A stretch of DNA of 63,980 bases, filler included, from Reclinomonas americana ATCC 50394 (Eukaryota): NCBI GenBank assembly GCA_048213135.1. It is 17 parts of 17 records of this genome, joined end to end, with 100 filler letters (N's around TTAATTAATTAA, not from the genome) between each part and the next. Parts side by side here need not be neighbours in the genome. Positions count along the whole stretch, not along the records: positions 40,379 to 48,987 come from AFZH01020330.1; positions 49,088 to 55,485 come from AFZH01020331.1; positions 55,586 to 56,993 come from AFZH01020333.1; positions 57,094 to 59,006 come from AFZH01020334.1; positions 59,107 to 60,643 come from AFZH01020335.1; positions 60,744 to 62,682 come from AFZH01020337.1; positions 62,783 to 63,980 come from AFZH01020378.1; 10 more parts are not named here. One strand, 5' to 3'. The notes beneath the pieces are model-generated. The model was not told where the DNA came from. It did no database searches and worked only from the letters and a program-made list of their open reading frames with translations. How positions within the stretch are numbered: position 1 is the first letter of the stretch; each line of letters starts with the position of its first letter. This document shows, piece after piece, positions 40,379 through 63,980 of this stretch. The translations under genes were made by a program, and so were the position numbers.

Positions 40379-43300
40379 TCGCTCATGACACTGCATCAAC
40401 AACGGCAAGTAGCCTGAATCATAAGCAAACCACATCAGGCACCGCAACGCATCAATCCTATTCAGCACAGTCATCTCGTCACTACCATCCCTCTCCCACT
40501 CCTCGCACAAATGCCATGCCTGCTGCCACGAAGATTTGTGTTCATCCCATTGACGAAGCAACTCATACAACCGGGCTCGACATTTAGCCACCACAATGGC
40601 GAACCGTCGTCGCACAAAACTCATGCCCACATCACCATCTCCACGTTGTCTGCATTCCGTCACAAGCCGCACAAGCGAAGAGGCCACTGCTTCATCAAAT
40701 CCAGCACATGGAAGTTTTTGATCTTCACACTGCTCTCGAATCCATTCCACCGCCCCACACTGCACCAGCAACCCGTTCACGCCAACTGCATCCCTCGCCC
40801 ACATCCCATCATCCTCACCCAATCGTCGCCACACTGCGTGGAGCACTCTGAGCAAGTCACGTGACACCAAGAGCACACCGTCGCTGTCATTCTGAGAATC
40901 AATGCCATTCAGCACACAACACACAAGTCGCACAATCAGTTGCTGCGCCCGTGACACTGCATCGCCACACCGTCCCACAATCCACCCAGCAATCTCGTCG
41001 TGCACTCGATACTCCACCACCACATTACTCTCTCGCACTTGCTCACCGCACAACACACGAGCAACACTGTCCATGCTGCCACTGACACCCACCGTCACCA
41101 GATTCGACAAGCACAGACCTTCCAGCACATCCTCCACTCCTTCGCCTTCACCACCGCCACCCGCCAACTCATCACGCTGCGCATGCACTCGTTGCTCCTC
41201 CTCCTCACTCATCTCGTCAAATTGCAGTCGCTCACCAACCACTTCGGGCGCCCGTCGTCGCCTCTCCTGTGCCCGCTCATGCAGTCGCAGTCGACGCACA
41301 CACTGACTCAACTCCACCAGTCGACTTGCCGCTTCCTCATCTTCATCACTACCACCCACAGCCATCGTCATATCGGGAATCACTCGCAACACACCCAGCG
41401 CCACACGTGCGAGTGCCACTGTCACTGGCAAGCCGAGTTCCTTGCAGGCCGTGATCAACACCAACAGACGACGAGCGGCTGCTGTCTGCGACATCACATT
41501 GCGTTCCAGCAGCTGCGACAGCGCATCGCCACCAATGCCACTCAGCACCTCTTCCAGTCGCGCGCCCACCAGCTGTGCTGCCGACTGTGACAACAACCAG
41601 CTGCATGACGAAGAAGAAGATAAGAGAGAGAAGAATGAGTCTTCATCCACGACACCACATCACTCACTTACTCACCCAACACAAGCACTCACTCGCAGTG
41701 CACTCTTCTCCTGCTGTCCACTCTCCAGTGCCTCAACAATTCGTCGTCGCACTTCTCCCGACACCTTGTCGAGCAGTCGCTCTTCCACAAGCTGCACAAT
41801 GTCCTCGTTCTCCACATTCTCCACCCGCACGCACTCCACCTCCGCTTCATGCATCATCAAATCACGAAGCTCATCCACCACTTGTCCATATCGACTTGTC
41901 ACCACCACAATCGGTGCCACCAGTCCACCTGCACACAGACACACACATGATGCACATCAAGTCAGGTCCCAACATCCAAGCAAGAATGAGAATTCTCTCC
42001 CTCATGACACACGCACCCTCCTCATCACACTGAACAACACTCCTCACTTGCTCCGCAGATCCCACATTGTCCAGCACCATCACTCCACTCGATGCGTGCA
42101 TCAACTGTCGCAGCAGACGACGTGCTGGCTCCACCTCGCCACTCGCCAGCAACGCATCCACCTGACTGTCCATCCTCCGTCCCTCAACTTCATCCTCCCG
42201 CATCTGTGCCGTCACGAAGGCACGCAGACACTCGCCCAGAGCACTTTGCGCCTGCAGCATGGCGAGAAGATTCAGCAGAGTCAGAATGACAACCAAAGAG
42301 GTAGTGTTGCAAGAAAGACACTGGCATGCACCGTAATATGCTCCCTCGCATCGCCAACATGCCCGCGCATCTCCACCGACACGGCCGATCCCTTCCATCG
42401 ACGAGTGGCCAGCAATTCGGTCACCAGCAGCTCGGCCAGGAACGACTTGCCAGTGCCACCATCGCCCGTCAGCACCACCATGATTGGATGATGTGCTGCG
42501 CAAGAATCATCCACCACAGACAACATGATGAGAAAATGAATATGCAACGGGAAGGGAGAATGAGAATGACAAACCAACCTTCCACTGCATCCACAATGCG
42601 CGTGGCGAGTGAGGCTGCCAGGATACGCCGACTAGGGAAGCGGAATGTGGTTACTGGATTGACAGTGCGCGCGATGAGTGGTGTCGTAGCTGGGCGACTG
42701 CTGTCAGGCGCTGTGTGGCAGAGTGAGCACAGCAATTCACATTCAAATGCAGATCAACCATGGAACACACCTGCAGTTGATGGAGAAGAAGGCGAGATGA
42801 TGCTTGGTGAGTCAAGCCATTGGTGCTCGTGCTCCACCTCATCTCGAATCTGATTCATCACACGCAAGTGAGAAACAGAGAGCCATCTTCAAGTGACCGC
42901 CTCCTCATGCATTCCCACTCAACTTGCTCCATGTGTACTAGCAGCAACGACTGGTCAGCTTGACTCAGTGCACCTGCATTCACACACAACCAAGAGAGCA
43001 TCAGATTCCACATTGAATCAAATCATCTACTCACGCCAGCCATCTCTCCATCACTCACCATCACGAGCCTCATTCAGCTGCACCACCAAGTCCTCCTCCA
43101 CATGCCTGTCAATCTGCAGTCGCCGCACAAGCTGACGCAGCTCGCCTTCTTCTCCTCCTCCGTCACCAAGCAGAGATACAAAGAGTGCACGAGCTCGGAC
43201 AGGACTCGCCTGCTCAAACACCTCCGTCATTCGCTCAAGCGCATCACGCTGTGTAACAACAGGAGAGTAAGAGACACAATTACACAGAGGGAGATCACAC

Positions 43301-44100
43301 TCCTCTTCCTTCCATCTCATTCTCACACACTCACCACATCACCAGCTGGAATCAGACGATCTGGCTCGTCTCTCGGGTGCTCTCGATGACCCGCCAGCAG
43401 CAAGATCGAGCAGCACAGCATGGCATCAAACGAACTGCAGTCGTGCAGCTGGCCTCGCTGACGCCACTCACGCACCATCTGCCGCTCCTTCTCGTTCAAC
43501 TGGACACACATGTCCACTCCGTCCGGCATGGTTCTACATATGGGGGAAAGGCACAAGGATGCAGGTGAGTCGAGGGACGTGTGTGACAAGAAAGAGAGGG
43601 CATTGATCGGGGATAGAATGCGGAGTGTTGGTGAGACAATGGAGAGTGTGAGAATGGGGAGAAAGAGACGACCAGTGCGTCACCGTCTTCCACTTGCTTG
43701 TGGCAATCATATCTCTTCTCTCATTCCCATCTCCATTTGCATCTTGCCATCGTGTGCTCCCATATCCACCCCACACAAACACTCACCGCACATCACGCTC
43801 ACTCGGCGCCTTGCACCACTCGGCGACGTGATTCACACCGGGATATGAATCGAGAAATGCCGGCAGCACTTGCTCGAGTTTGGATTGCAGAGCGCGGGTG
43901 CATGAACGAGACAGGGCTTTGACAAGGCGCATCATGCACTCCTCATCACCCGCATCGTGAGGATGACTGCACGAGAGGAGAGGAGAAGAGAGTGACAGGG
44001 AACGAATACACACAATGAATGATGACGATGATTGCATCTGACAACAACACAATGAGATAAAGACACGCAACTCACGCGGCACTCCACTCCCACTCGCCAT
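40379..44100 (-). CDS. Multi-exon STAND (NB-ARC-like) NTPase with a degenerate HEPN-like N-terminal domain; C-terminal TPRs inferred from the paralog; 3' truncated
   Basis: Phase-consistent exons 44072-44100, 43787-43966, ~43335-43533, ~43059-43248 and further exons downstream. Walker A VLTGDGGTGKS (42443-42466), VEMRG, Walker B VMVLDNVGSAEQV, IVVVTSR. Confidence 0.82.
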
Positions 44101-44289
44101 GATAATGCGTCACAGCAAGAATAACAACAACAGCACACAGACAGATGCACAGGGGAATGACACGCTTTCTCTCTCTCTCTGGCACAATAAGAAGCGGAGA
44201 AATGCAACACACTCACTCTCCTTCTCTCCTTTCTCTCTCGCGCACACAGTGGGGAACAACACTGACACAAACAGAACAGAGAACACACA

Positions 44290-44600
44290 AGCTCACTTCT
44301 GCTCAACAGCAGCAACAAACAGAACTTGTTGTCAACCAAACGAATGAACCACTGAAGTCCAGCCTATCTTCCCTTCTCCGCTCTCATGCGCCGCGCCACT
44401 CACGACAGCGACGACGATGATGATGACGAAGAACCCGAGTCACTGCTGACACGCAACCGACGCATTCGCATGCCCACACCTCTTCCACCAATGCTTCCTC
44501 CGCCTCCACCCTCCGTGCTGCTTCCTCCACCGCCAGCGCTGCCACCAATGGGTTTGTCTGTGTGCACACAGAGAGAGAGAGAGAGTGAGAGAGAGTGAGA
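44290..44600 (+). pseudogene. Duplicated upstream region and first exon of the SNF2 helicase gene
   Basis: MRRATHDSDDDDDDEEPESLLTRNRRIRMPTP matches 47150 onward; the upstream ~100 bp also match ~47050-47150. Confidence 0.88.
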
Positions 44601-44794
44601 GAGAGAGAGAGAGAGAAAGGAAGAAGCGGATGTCGCTCTCTTCCTCTGTTTCTCTTCACCCTCTCTCACTCTCTCACTCTCCCCGTCCCTCACATACACT
44701 GTCTCGTCAGTGGCCTTGTCAGCACCGCCTGCCTCGGCATCTTCTCATTGACCATCCTCTCGATGAACCGCGCGATCTTTCAGCGTGCGATCGA

Positions 44795-45720
44795 CCATGG
44801 CCGAGTTGATGGTGAGCTTCCCCAAGATCATCAACCTGCTGATGGACCTGGACGAGATGCCTGCATCCGCGAGATCAGCAAGCACACGCCCGAACTCGCG
44901 GAACTTGTGGTGTCTTCGGGTGCTCTCGGGAGTCATTGTCGAGCGAGACCAAGAGCAACAACCGCCTGCCGGGCATCATACTCTCGGCTGCATTGCCGCC
45001 TTCTCTGACGCCCTCGCACAACACGTGATTGCCACTCGGAGAAGGAGGATCACCTGCGTGCCTGGCCACTGGGCCAGATTGGTCGCCACTCGTCGGAGCA
45101 CTCCAAGGCCGTGACCGACGCCGAGGTGTTGCCGCTGCTGCTCGATGCGTTCCTCGACCCGCAATCGTCGGACGACCTGAAGATCAAGGCCAAGCGCGCA
45201 CTCAAGTCGGTGGTGCAAATATGCCTCAACTTGCCTGCGCTGCAACCACTGCTCTCGCGCGCGCCGCCGTCAGCATCCTCACACACGTCACTGGCCAGTA
45301 CGCCAAGGTGCTGCCGGGCGATCGCGACAGCAAGACAAGCGTTTGTGTCGGATGGTGGTCTGGAGACGCTGCAGCGCATTTCCGAGCACGCACCCGAGGG
45401 CTCTGAGTTGCAGTTTCGTTCCTTCCCAGTCTCTTTGCCCTCCCTCTCTCACTTTGCTCGTGTGCTCATCATTATCAGTCGCCCGTGTTACAGAAAGAAC
45501 ATTGACACGATCAACGCATGCTACCCCGACGAGATTGTCAAGTACCACTCACCCGGCTTCTCCAAGAACTTTGACAAGCTCATTGACAACTACGCACCGC
45601 CACTCGAGTAATAATTACCTCGGCGACAACAACGATAACAACAGTAGCTTGTTGGTTGTTGTTGTGAATGATTGTTTCCTTTTTTCCGAGTAGTGAAGGC
45701 AACGAAGAGTGCACATTGTC
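44795..45720 (+). pseudogene. Degenerate partial copy of the PF16/SPAG6 3' half, including its last intron and 3' flank
   Basis: Colinear with ~37150-38140 but with multiple deletions and frameshifts. The intron is retained, so this is a DNA-level duplication. Confidence 0.92.
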
Positions 45721-45811
45721 TCTTGAGTATTTGCTTGCAAATGCTGGAGACTGCGATTGCCGGCCACCTCTTTCACTCGGTGATCAAACACAGAAATAGC
45801 GCGTTCTTCAC

Positions 45812-46747
45812 TCAGTGGCCCGAAGAAGCTGGCGCAGAGGCAAAGTAGCCACCACGCTCGATGTCGTCCAGCAGGTTGGCCTCCTTGGGGGCCCACCCAA
45901 GCAGCTCTCGCGTCTTTTGGGACGAGGTGGGGTTGTCGATTCCCGCAAAGCCGGCAAACCATCCAAAGTGCTCCTTGGCCTCCTCGCCGGCGGCCTTGCT
46001 CACCGCGGGCACATTCAGCTGGCGGCCAATCAGTTCGGCAATGTCGCGCAGCGGGACGCCTTCCTCCGCCACTGCATGATACACAGCTCCGGGAATGGCA
46101 CGCTCCAGCGCCAAAAGATACACTCGCGCCGCATCCAGCCGATGCACGGCCGGCCACCGATTCTGGCCATCACCAATGTAGGCCGACTGGCCCTTCTGCC
46201 GGGCCAGCTGAATCAGCATGGGTACAAAGGCCACGTCACCACCATCGCCCTGGTGCACCGTTGGCGGCAGCCGCACAATGGACACGTTGGCGCCGCCGAA
46301 TTCGGCCGCGCACCGCCGAGCCGTTTGCTCCGACACGCGAGGGCCCGTGGCCGGCTCCGGCGCCGCCACGTCCTCCGTCGAGGTCTCACCCGGTGCAAGT
46401 CGGCTGAGCACCGACGGTGTGGCCGAGGTGACAATCAACGGTTGCTGCGGCTTGAGTGCACCAGCCAGAGCCTCAATGGCGCGGCGGTCAACGTCGCAGC
46501 TTTCGGCGTACTTTTCAAAGTTGTGGATGAAACCCGTGTGGATGACGGCATCGGCGGCGGTCACTCCGCTGCGGAGCGATTCAAGGTCCTCCAGGGAGCC
46601 CAGGTGCACGCTGGCCCCGGCCGAACGCAAGGTGGCGGCGGCGGACTCAGAGCGCGCCAGGCCGAGGACGGAGTGCCCGGCAGACAGAAGCTCGCGGAGG
46701 ACTGCACTGCCAACAAAGCCAGTGGCGCCGGTGAGGAAGACCTTCAT
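45812..46747 (-). CDS. NAD(P)-dependent epimerase/dehydratase (atypical SDR), intronless
   Basis: MKVFLTGATGFVGSAVLRELLSAGHSVLGLARS, VIHTGFIHNF, IVRLPPTVH, YIGDGQNRWPAVHRLDAARVYLLALE, TRELLGWAP. Confidence 0.93.
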   Translation of the reverse strand: MKVFLTGATGFVGSAVLRELLSAGHSVLGLARSESAAATLRSAGASVHLGSLEDLESLRSGVTAADAVIHTGFIHNFEKYAESCDVDRRAIEALAGALKPQQPLIVTSATPSVLSRLAPGETSTEDVAAPEPATGPRVSEQTARRCAAEFGGANVSIVRLPPTVHQGDGGDVAFVPMLIQLARQKGQSAYIGDGQNRWPAVHRLDAARVYLLALERAIPGAVYHAVAEEGVPLRDIAELIGRQLNVPAVSKAAGEEAKEHFGWFAGFAGIDNPTSSQKTRELLGWAPKEANLLDDIERGGYFASAPASSGH

Positions 46748-47149
46748 CTTGATAAGCAAGCTCTCGCTCAAGACAACGAATCGAAGAACGAATGTGGTCG
46801 TCGTGTCATGCATGTCCGACATTTGTCCGCAGCGCTGGAGACGTCGGAGTGGAGTCCTGACCCCCCGGATCGGAGTGGTTGCTCCTGCAGCAAGCAAGGA
46901 TTTCGGGCTGCATTGCACAGACGACGGAGAAGGTCGACTCGGAGAGGGTCGGAAGTTTGCTTCTTTGTAAGAGGTCCAGCACTCTCCCTTCGTCGCTTTT
47001 TCTCTCTCTCTTGCACACAATCACGCAGTGGAGAATGACACTGATCCGAGAACACACAACCTCAATTCTGCTCACAGCAGCAGCAACAGATCTTGTTGCC
47101 AACCAAACGAATGAACCAATGAAGTCCTATCAAGCCTCTCTCCCTTCTC

Positions 47150-54517
<7,368 letters not shown>

Positions 54518-55129
54518 GTAAGTGAAGGAATAGGAGAAGGGGCGAAAAAGGGGAAGATAAGGGGAAGGGAGCATAGGGGGAAAAGGGAAAGGGAGGAAGC
54601 GGAAGGGCTAAGGAGGGATGAGGGGAAGGGATGAGGCGAAGGTAGAATGGAAATGAGAGTGGGAAAAGGAGAAGGGCGTGGAGGGACAAGGGGGTGGGAG
54701 GCGAAGATGGAAGGTAATTGTGAGAGGAGACTGGAAAGAAAAATGGAGAGATATAGGAGAAGGTCAATGGGTGATGGGAATGACAAGAGAGAAAGGGAAT
54801 TTGGCAGAGAGGAAAGGAGAAAGAGACAATCTCCGAGAACACACACACGCAAGAAACCTGTTGCTGCCTCAAAATCGGTGTCTGTGTTGATGATTTGGAT
54901 ATGGTTCAAGACAGCAGCAGTGTTTGAGAGAGCACTTGAGATTTGAGGGCGAAGTGGCAGGGAAGAAAGGGAGAGAAGGTTGAAAGGGGAAGGAAGTGGA
55001 AGGGGACTGGGCAGGAAGGGGTGAAATTGGGGAAAGGAGGTCGGGAGCGTGCAATTTAGGTGAGGGCAGGGAGAAGGGAAGGAGGAGGAACTGGGGATTT
55101 TTTGTCTCGGATGAGCGCAAGCCGCACGT

Positions 55130-55462
55130 GGGACAGACGATGCACCAGAGGCAGGAGATAGAGAATGCGGGGGAGGTGGAAGCGGACTGACAACGCAGAA
55201 GGTAAGGACGAAAGAGCACTGGGAGACCAAGAAGCTGGGGATCTGTTCGCACTTTTGGTCTCGGAAGAGCACATTCTGCACGTGGGACAGCTGAAGCACC
55301 AGAGACAGGAGATAGAGAATGCGGGGGAGGTGACAACGCAGAAGGTACGGACGAAAGAGCACTGGGAGACCAAGAACCTGGGGATCTGTTCGCACTTTTG
55401 GTCTCGGAAGAGCGCATTCTGCACGTGGGACAGCTGAAGCACCAGAGATAGGATATAGAGAA
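55130..55462. repeat. Tandem repeat, ~135 bp unit, about 2.3 copies
   Basis: gacaacgcagaaggta.ggacgaaagagcactgggagaccaagaa...caccagaga.agga.atagagaat is repeated. Confidence 0.9.
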
Positions 55463-55585
55463 TTCGACGAGTGGCTGGAAGTTAGNNNNNNNNNNNNNNN
55501 NNNNNNNNNNNNNNNNNNNNNNNNNNNNNTTAATTAATTAANNNNNNNNNNNNNNNNNNNNNNNNNNNNNNNNNNNNNNNNNNNN

Positions 55586-56760
55586 GAGCGCAGAAGCAAG
55601 ATGGAGGGGAAGAGACAAGAGGAGACAGAGGAGTGATGAAGAGCTCTTAGTTGCTTTCGTCTCCAACCTGTCGGAGCGGCGCAGCAGGCCAAGAGTGTCG
55701 AGCAGGATGCACTGGGGCGTGTAGAGAAGCAGTCGGCCACCACTACAACGCAGAAGCAGGCATAGAGAATGGGAGAGGCAAGGGAAGAGAGAAAGAAGAG
55801 CTTGCTGGGTTTCCTGTGCCTTCGTTTTTCTCTGCTTCTATCGGAGCGCCAACTCAAGGCGCTACAGGCCAAGAGTGTCGAGCAGGATGCACTGGCGCGT
55901 GCAGAGAAGCAGTCGGCCACCACGACAGCACAGAAGCAAGCATAGAGACAGGGTGACAAGAGGAGAAGAGAAGTGGAGTGAAAGAAGGCTCGCTGGGCTT
56001 TGTTCTTCTCCTTTCTATCGGAGCGTCAGCAGTAAGTCAAGAGTGAGATGTGAGGAGAAGAGACGTCAGACAAGAGCGCAGAAGCAACCATAGAGATCGA
56101 GAAAGGGAGAAGGGGAGAAAAAGAGCTTGCTCGGTTTCCTGTGCTTTCGTTCTTCTCTGCTTCTATCGGAACGCCAGCTCAAGGCGCAACGGCCAAGAGT
56201 GTCGAGCAGGATGCGCTGGCGCGTGCAGAGAAGCAGTCGGCCACACCGCAGAAGCAAGCATAGAGAATGGGAGAGGGAGAAGAGAAGAGAAGAGGAGTGA
56301 AAGAAGGGCTCGCTGGGCTTTGTTCTTCTCCTTTCTATCGGAGCGTCAGCAGTAAGTCAAGAGTGAGATGTGAGGAGAAGAGACGTCAGACAAGAGCGCA
56401 GAAGCAACCATAGAGATCGAGAAAGGGAGAAGGGGAGAAAAAGAGCTTGCTCGGTTTCCTGTGCTTTCGTTCTTCTCTGCTTCTATCGGAGCGCCAGCTC
56501 AAGGCGCTACAGGCCAAGAGTGTCGAGCAGGATGCACTGGCGCGTGCAGAGAAGCAGTCAGCCGCCACAACAACGCAGAAGCAGGCACAGAGAAGAGTAC
56601 AAGCAGAGCTCGCATTGTTCTTCTCTCCTATTATCGGAGAACAACGATGAGGAGAGGAGAAGAGAAAAAGGCTCCTTGCACTCCCTTCGCCATCTTCTCT
56701 CCTTCTATCAGAGCACCAACTCAAAGGCGCAACACGAAGAGAGCGTCGAGCAAAGAGAAC
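55586..56760. repeat. Tandem repeat array, ~320 bp unit with partial copies, directly upstream of a putative gene start
   Basis: ggccaagagtgtcgagcaggatgc at ~55687, 55867, 56191 and 56512; near-identical blocks ~56030-56350 and ~56350-56600. Confidence 0.9.
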
Positions 56761-56789
56761 TGCGAAGTCAGTTCGTCCTCTCACACAAA

Positions 56790-56831
56790 ATGTCGAAGAA
56801 GAGCGAAGGCAGCGGCCTCGCCGGCTTCATG
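56790..56831 (+). CDS. Putative short first exon (MSKKSEGSGLAGFM); remainder not seen
   Basis: ATG in an A/C-rich context followed by a gttcgt donor-like site. Confidence 0.35.
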
Positions 56832-56937
56832 GTTCGTACGAACTCGCCACTAACCACACCTAAAAGCACTCTCAAAGAGATCACGTCACAAGGCGCACGC
56901 AGATCGTCACTGTCTCATCGTCTCTCTCTTTCTTTCT

Positions 56938-56993
<56 letters not shown>

Positions 56994-57231
56994 NNNNNNN
57001 NNNNNNNNNNNNNNNNNNNNNNNNNNNNNNNNNNNNNTTAATTAATTAANNNNNNNNNNNNNNNNNNNNNNNNNNNNNNNNNNNNNNNNNNNNACCTCCT
57101 CCTCCACCTCCTCGTCGATGAGAATTACAAGGCTTTGCCTGCATGTACTTGCTACACTGTACACAGAGGATAATAGTATTCTTCGCCTTCTCCTTCTCCC
57201 TCTCCAACCCTTCTGCAGCCGCCCGCGTCGT

Positions 57232-63695
<6,464 letters not shown>

Positions 63696-63891
63696 ACTAA
63701 AGAGAGAGAGAGAGAGAGAAGAGACAAAGACACACACTCAATCACTCACTCTTTCACACACACACACACTCACTCACACACTCACACACACTCACTTGTG
63801 TGCGTGATTCGTGAGAGAGTGCGAGGACACGCGACCGGACCAATATTCGACCGTTACTTTTTCGCATTTTTGTTTTTTGTGATTGAAAAAA

Positions 63892-63980
63892 ATGAGTGTT
63901 TCGCCTGTGCGTCGCGGTCGCGGCTCTGTGCCGTCTGCGTCTGCGCCGCCTGCTGCATCAGTGGCGACGGCGGCTGCGGC
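63892..63980 (+). CDS. Putative gene start running off the window (MSVSPVRRGRGSVPSASAPP...)
   Basis: ATG after an AT-rich stretch, open GC-rich frame to the window end, divergent from the ATG at 63695. Confidence 0.4.
   Translation, partial: MSVSPVRRGRGSVPSASAPPAASVATAAA

Noticed and set aside
45815..47038. 407-aa plus-strand ORF
   Set aside because: Antisense shadow of the GC-rich SDR gene.
55586..56760. Tandem arrays as a CRISPR-like repeat-spacer structure
   Set aside because: Whole units repeat, there are no unique spacers or cas genes, and the context is eukaryotic.

Overview
This is a eukaryotic (flagellated protist) draft scaffold. It has 16 artificial 100-nt gap linkers (N44-TTAATTAATTAA-N44), many short introns and abundant microsatellites. 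At least four genes have exons on both sides of a linker, and in two of them the join is phase-matched, so much of the window is probably a real ordered locus. Routine genes: a 7TM-RGS protein, three putative glycosyltransferases, an AN1 zinc-finger protein, a GST, PF16/SPAG6, an ERCC6L2-like SNF2 helicase and an intronless bacterial-like SDR. Among them sits a cluster of immune-like genes. (i) An NLR-like protein has an N-terminal HEPN-type RNase domain (RNKLRH) followed by NACHT, pentapeptide repeats and 14 WD40 repeats. (ii) A spliced NB-ARC-like STAND gene, inferred to end in TPRs, has an N-terminus that aligns by eye with the same HEPN domain but lacks the R-x4-H motif; a second paralog is also present. 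(iii) A stand-alone 7-repeat WD40 gene belongs to the same repeat family. (iv) A stand-alone spliced HEPN gene carries RCTFAHG. Introns also frequently use a shifted GTTGCGT/GTTTCGT donor. All domain calls come from manual motif recognition; no searches were run.
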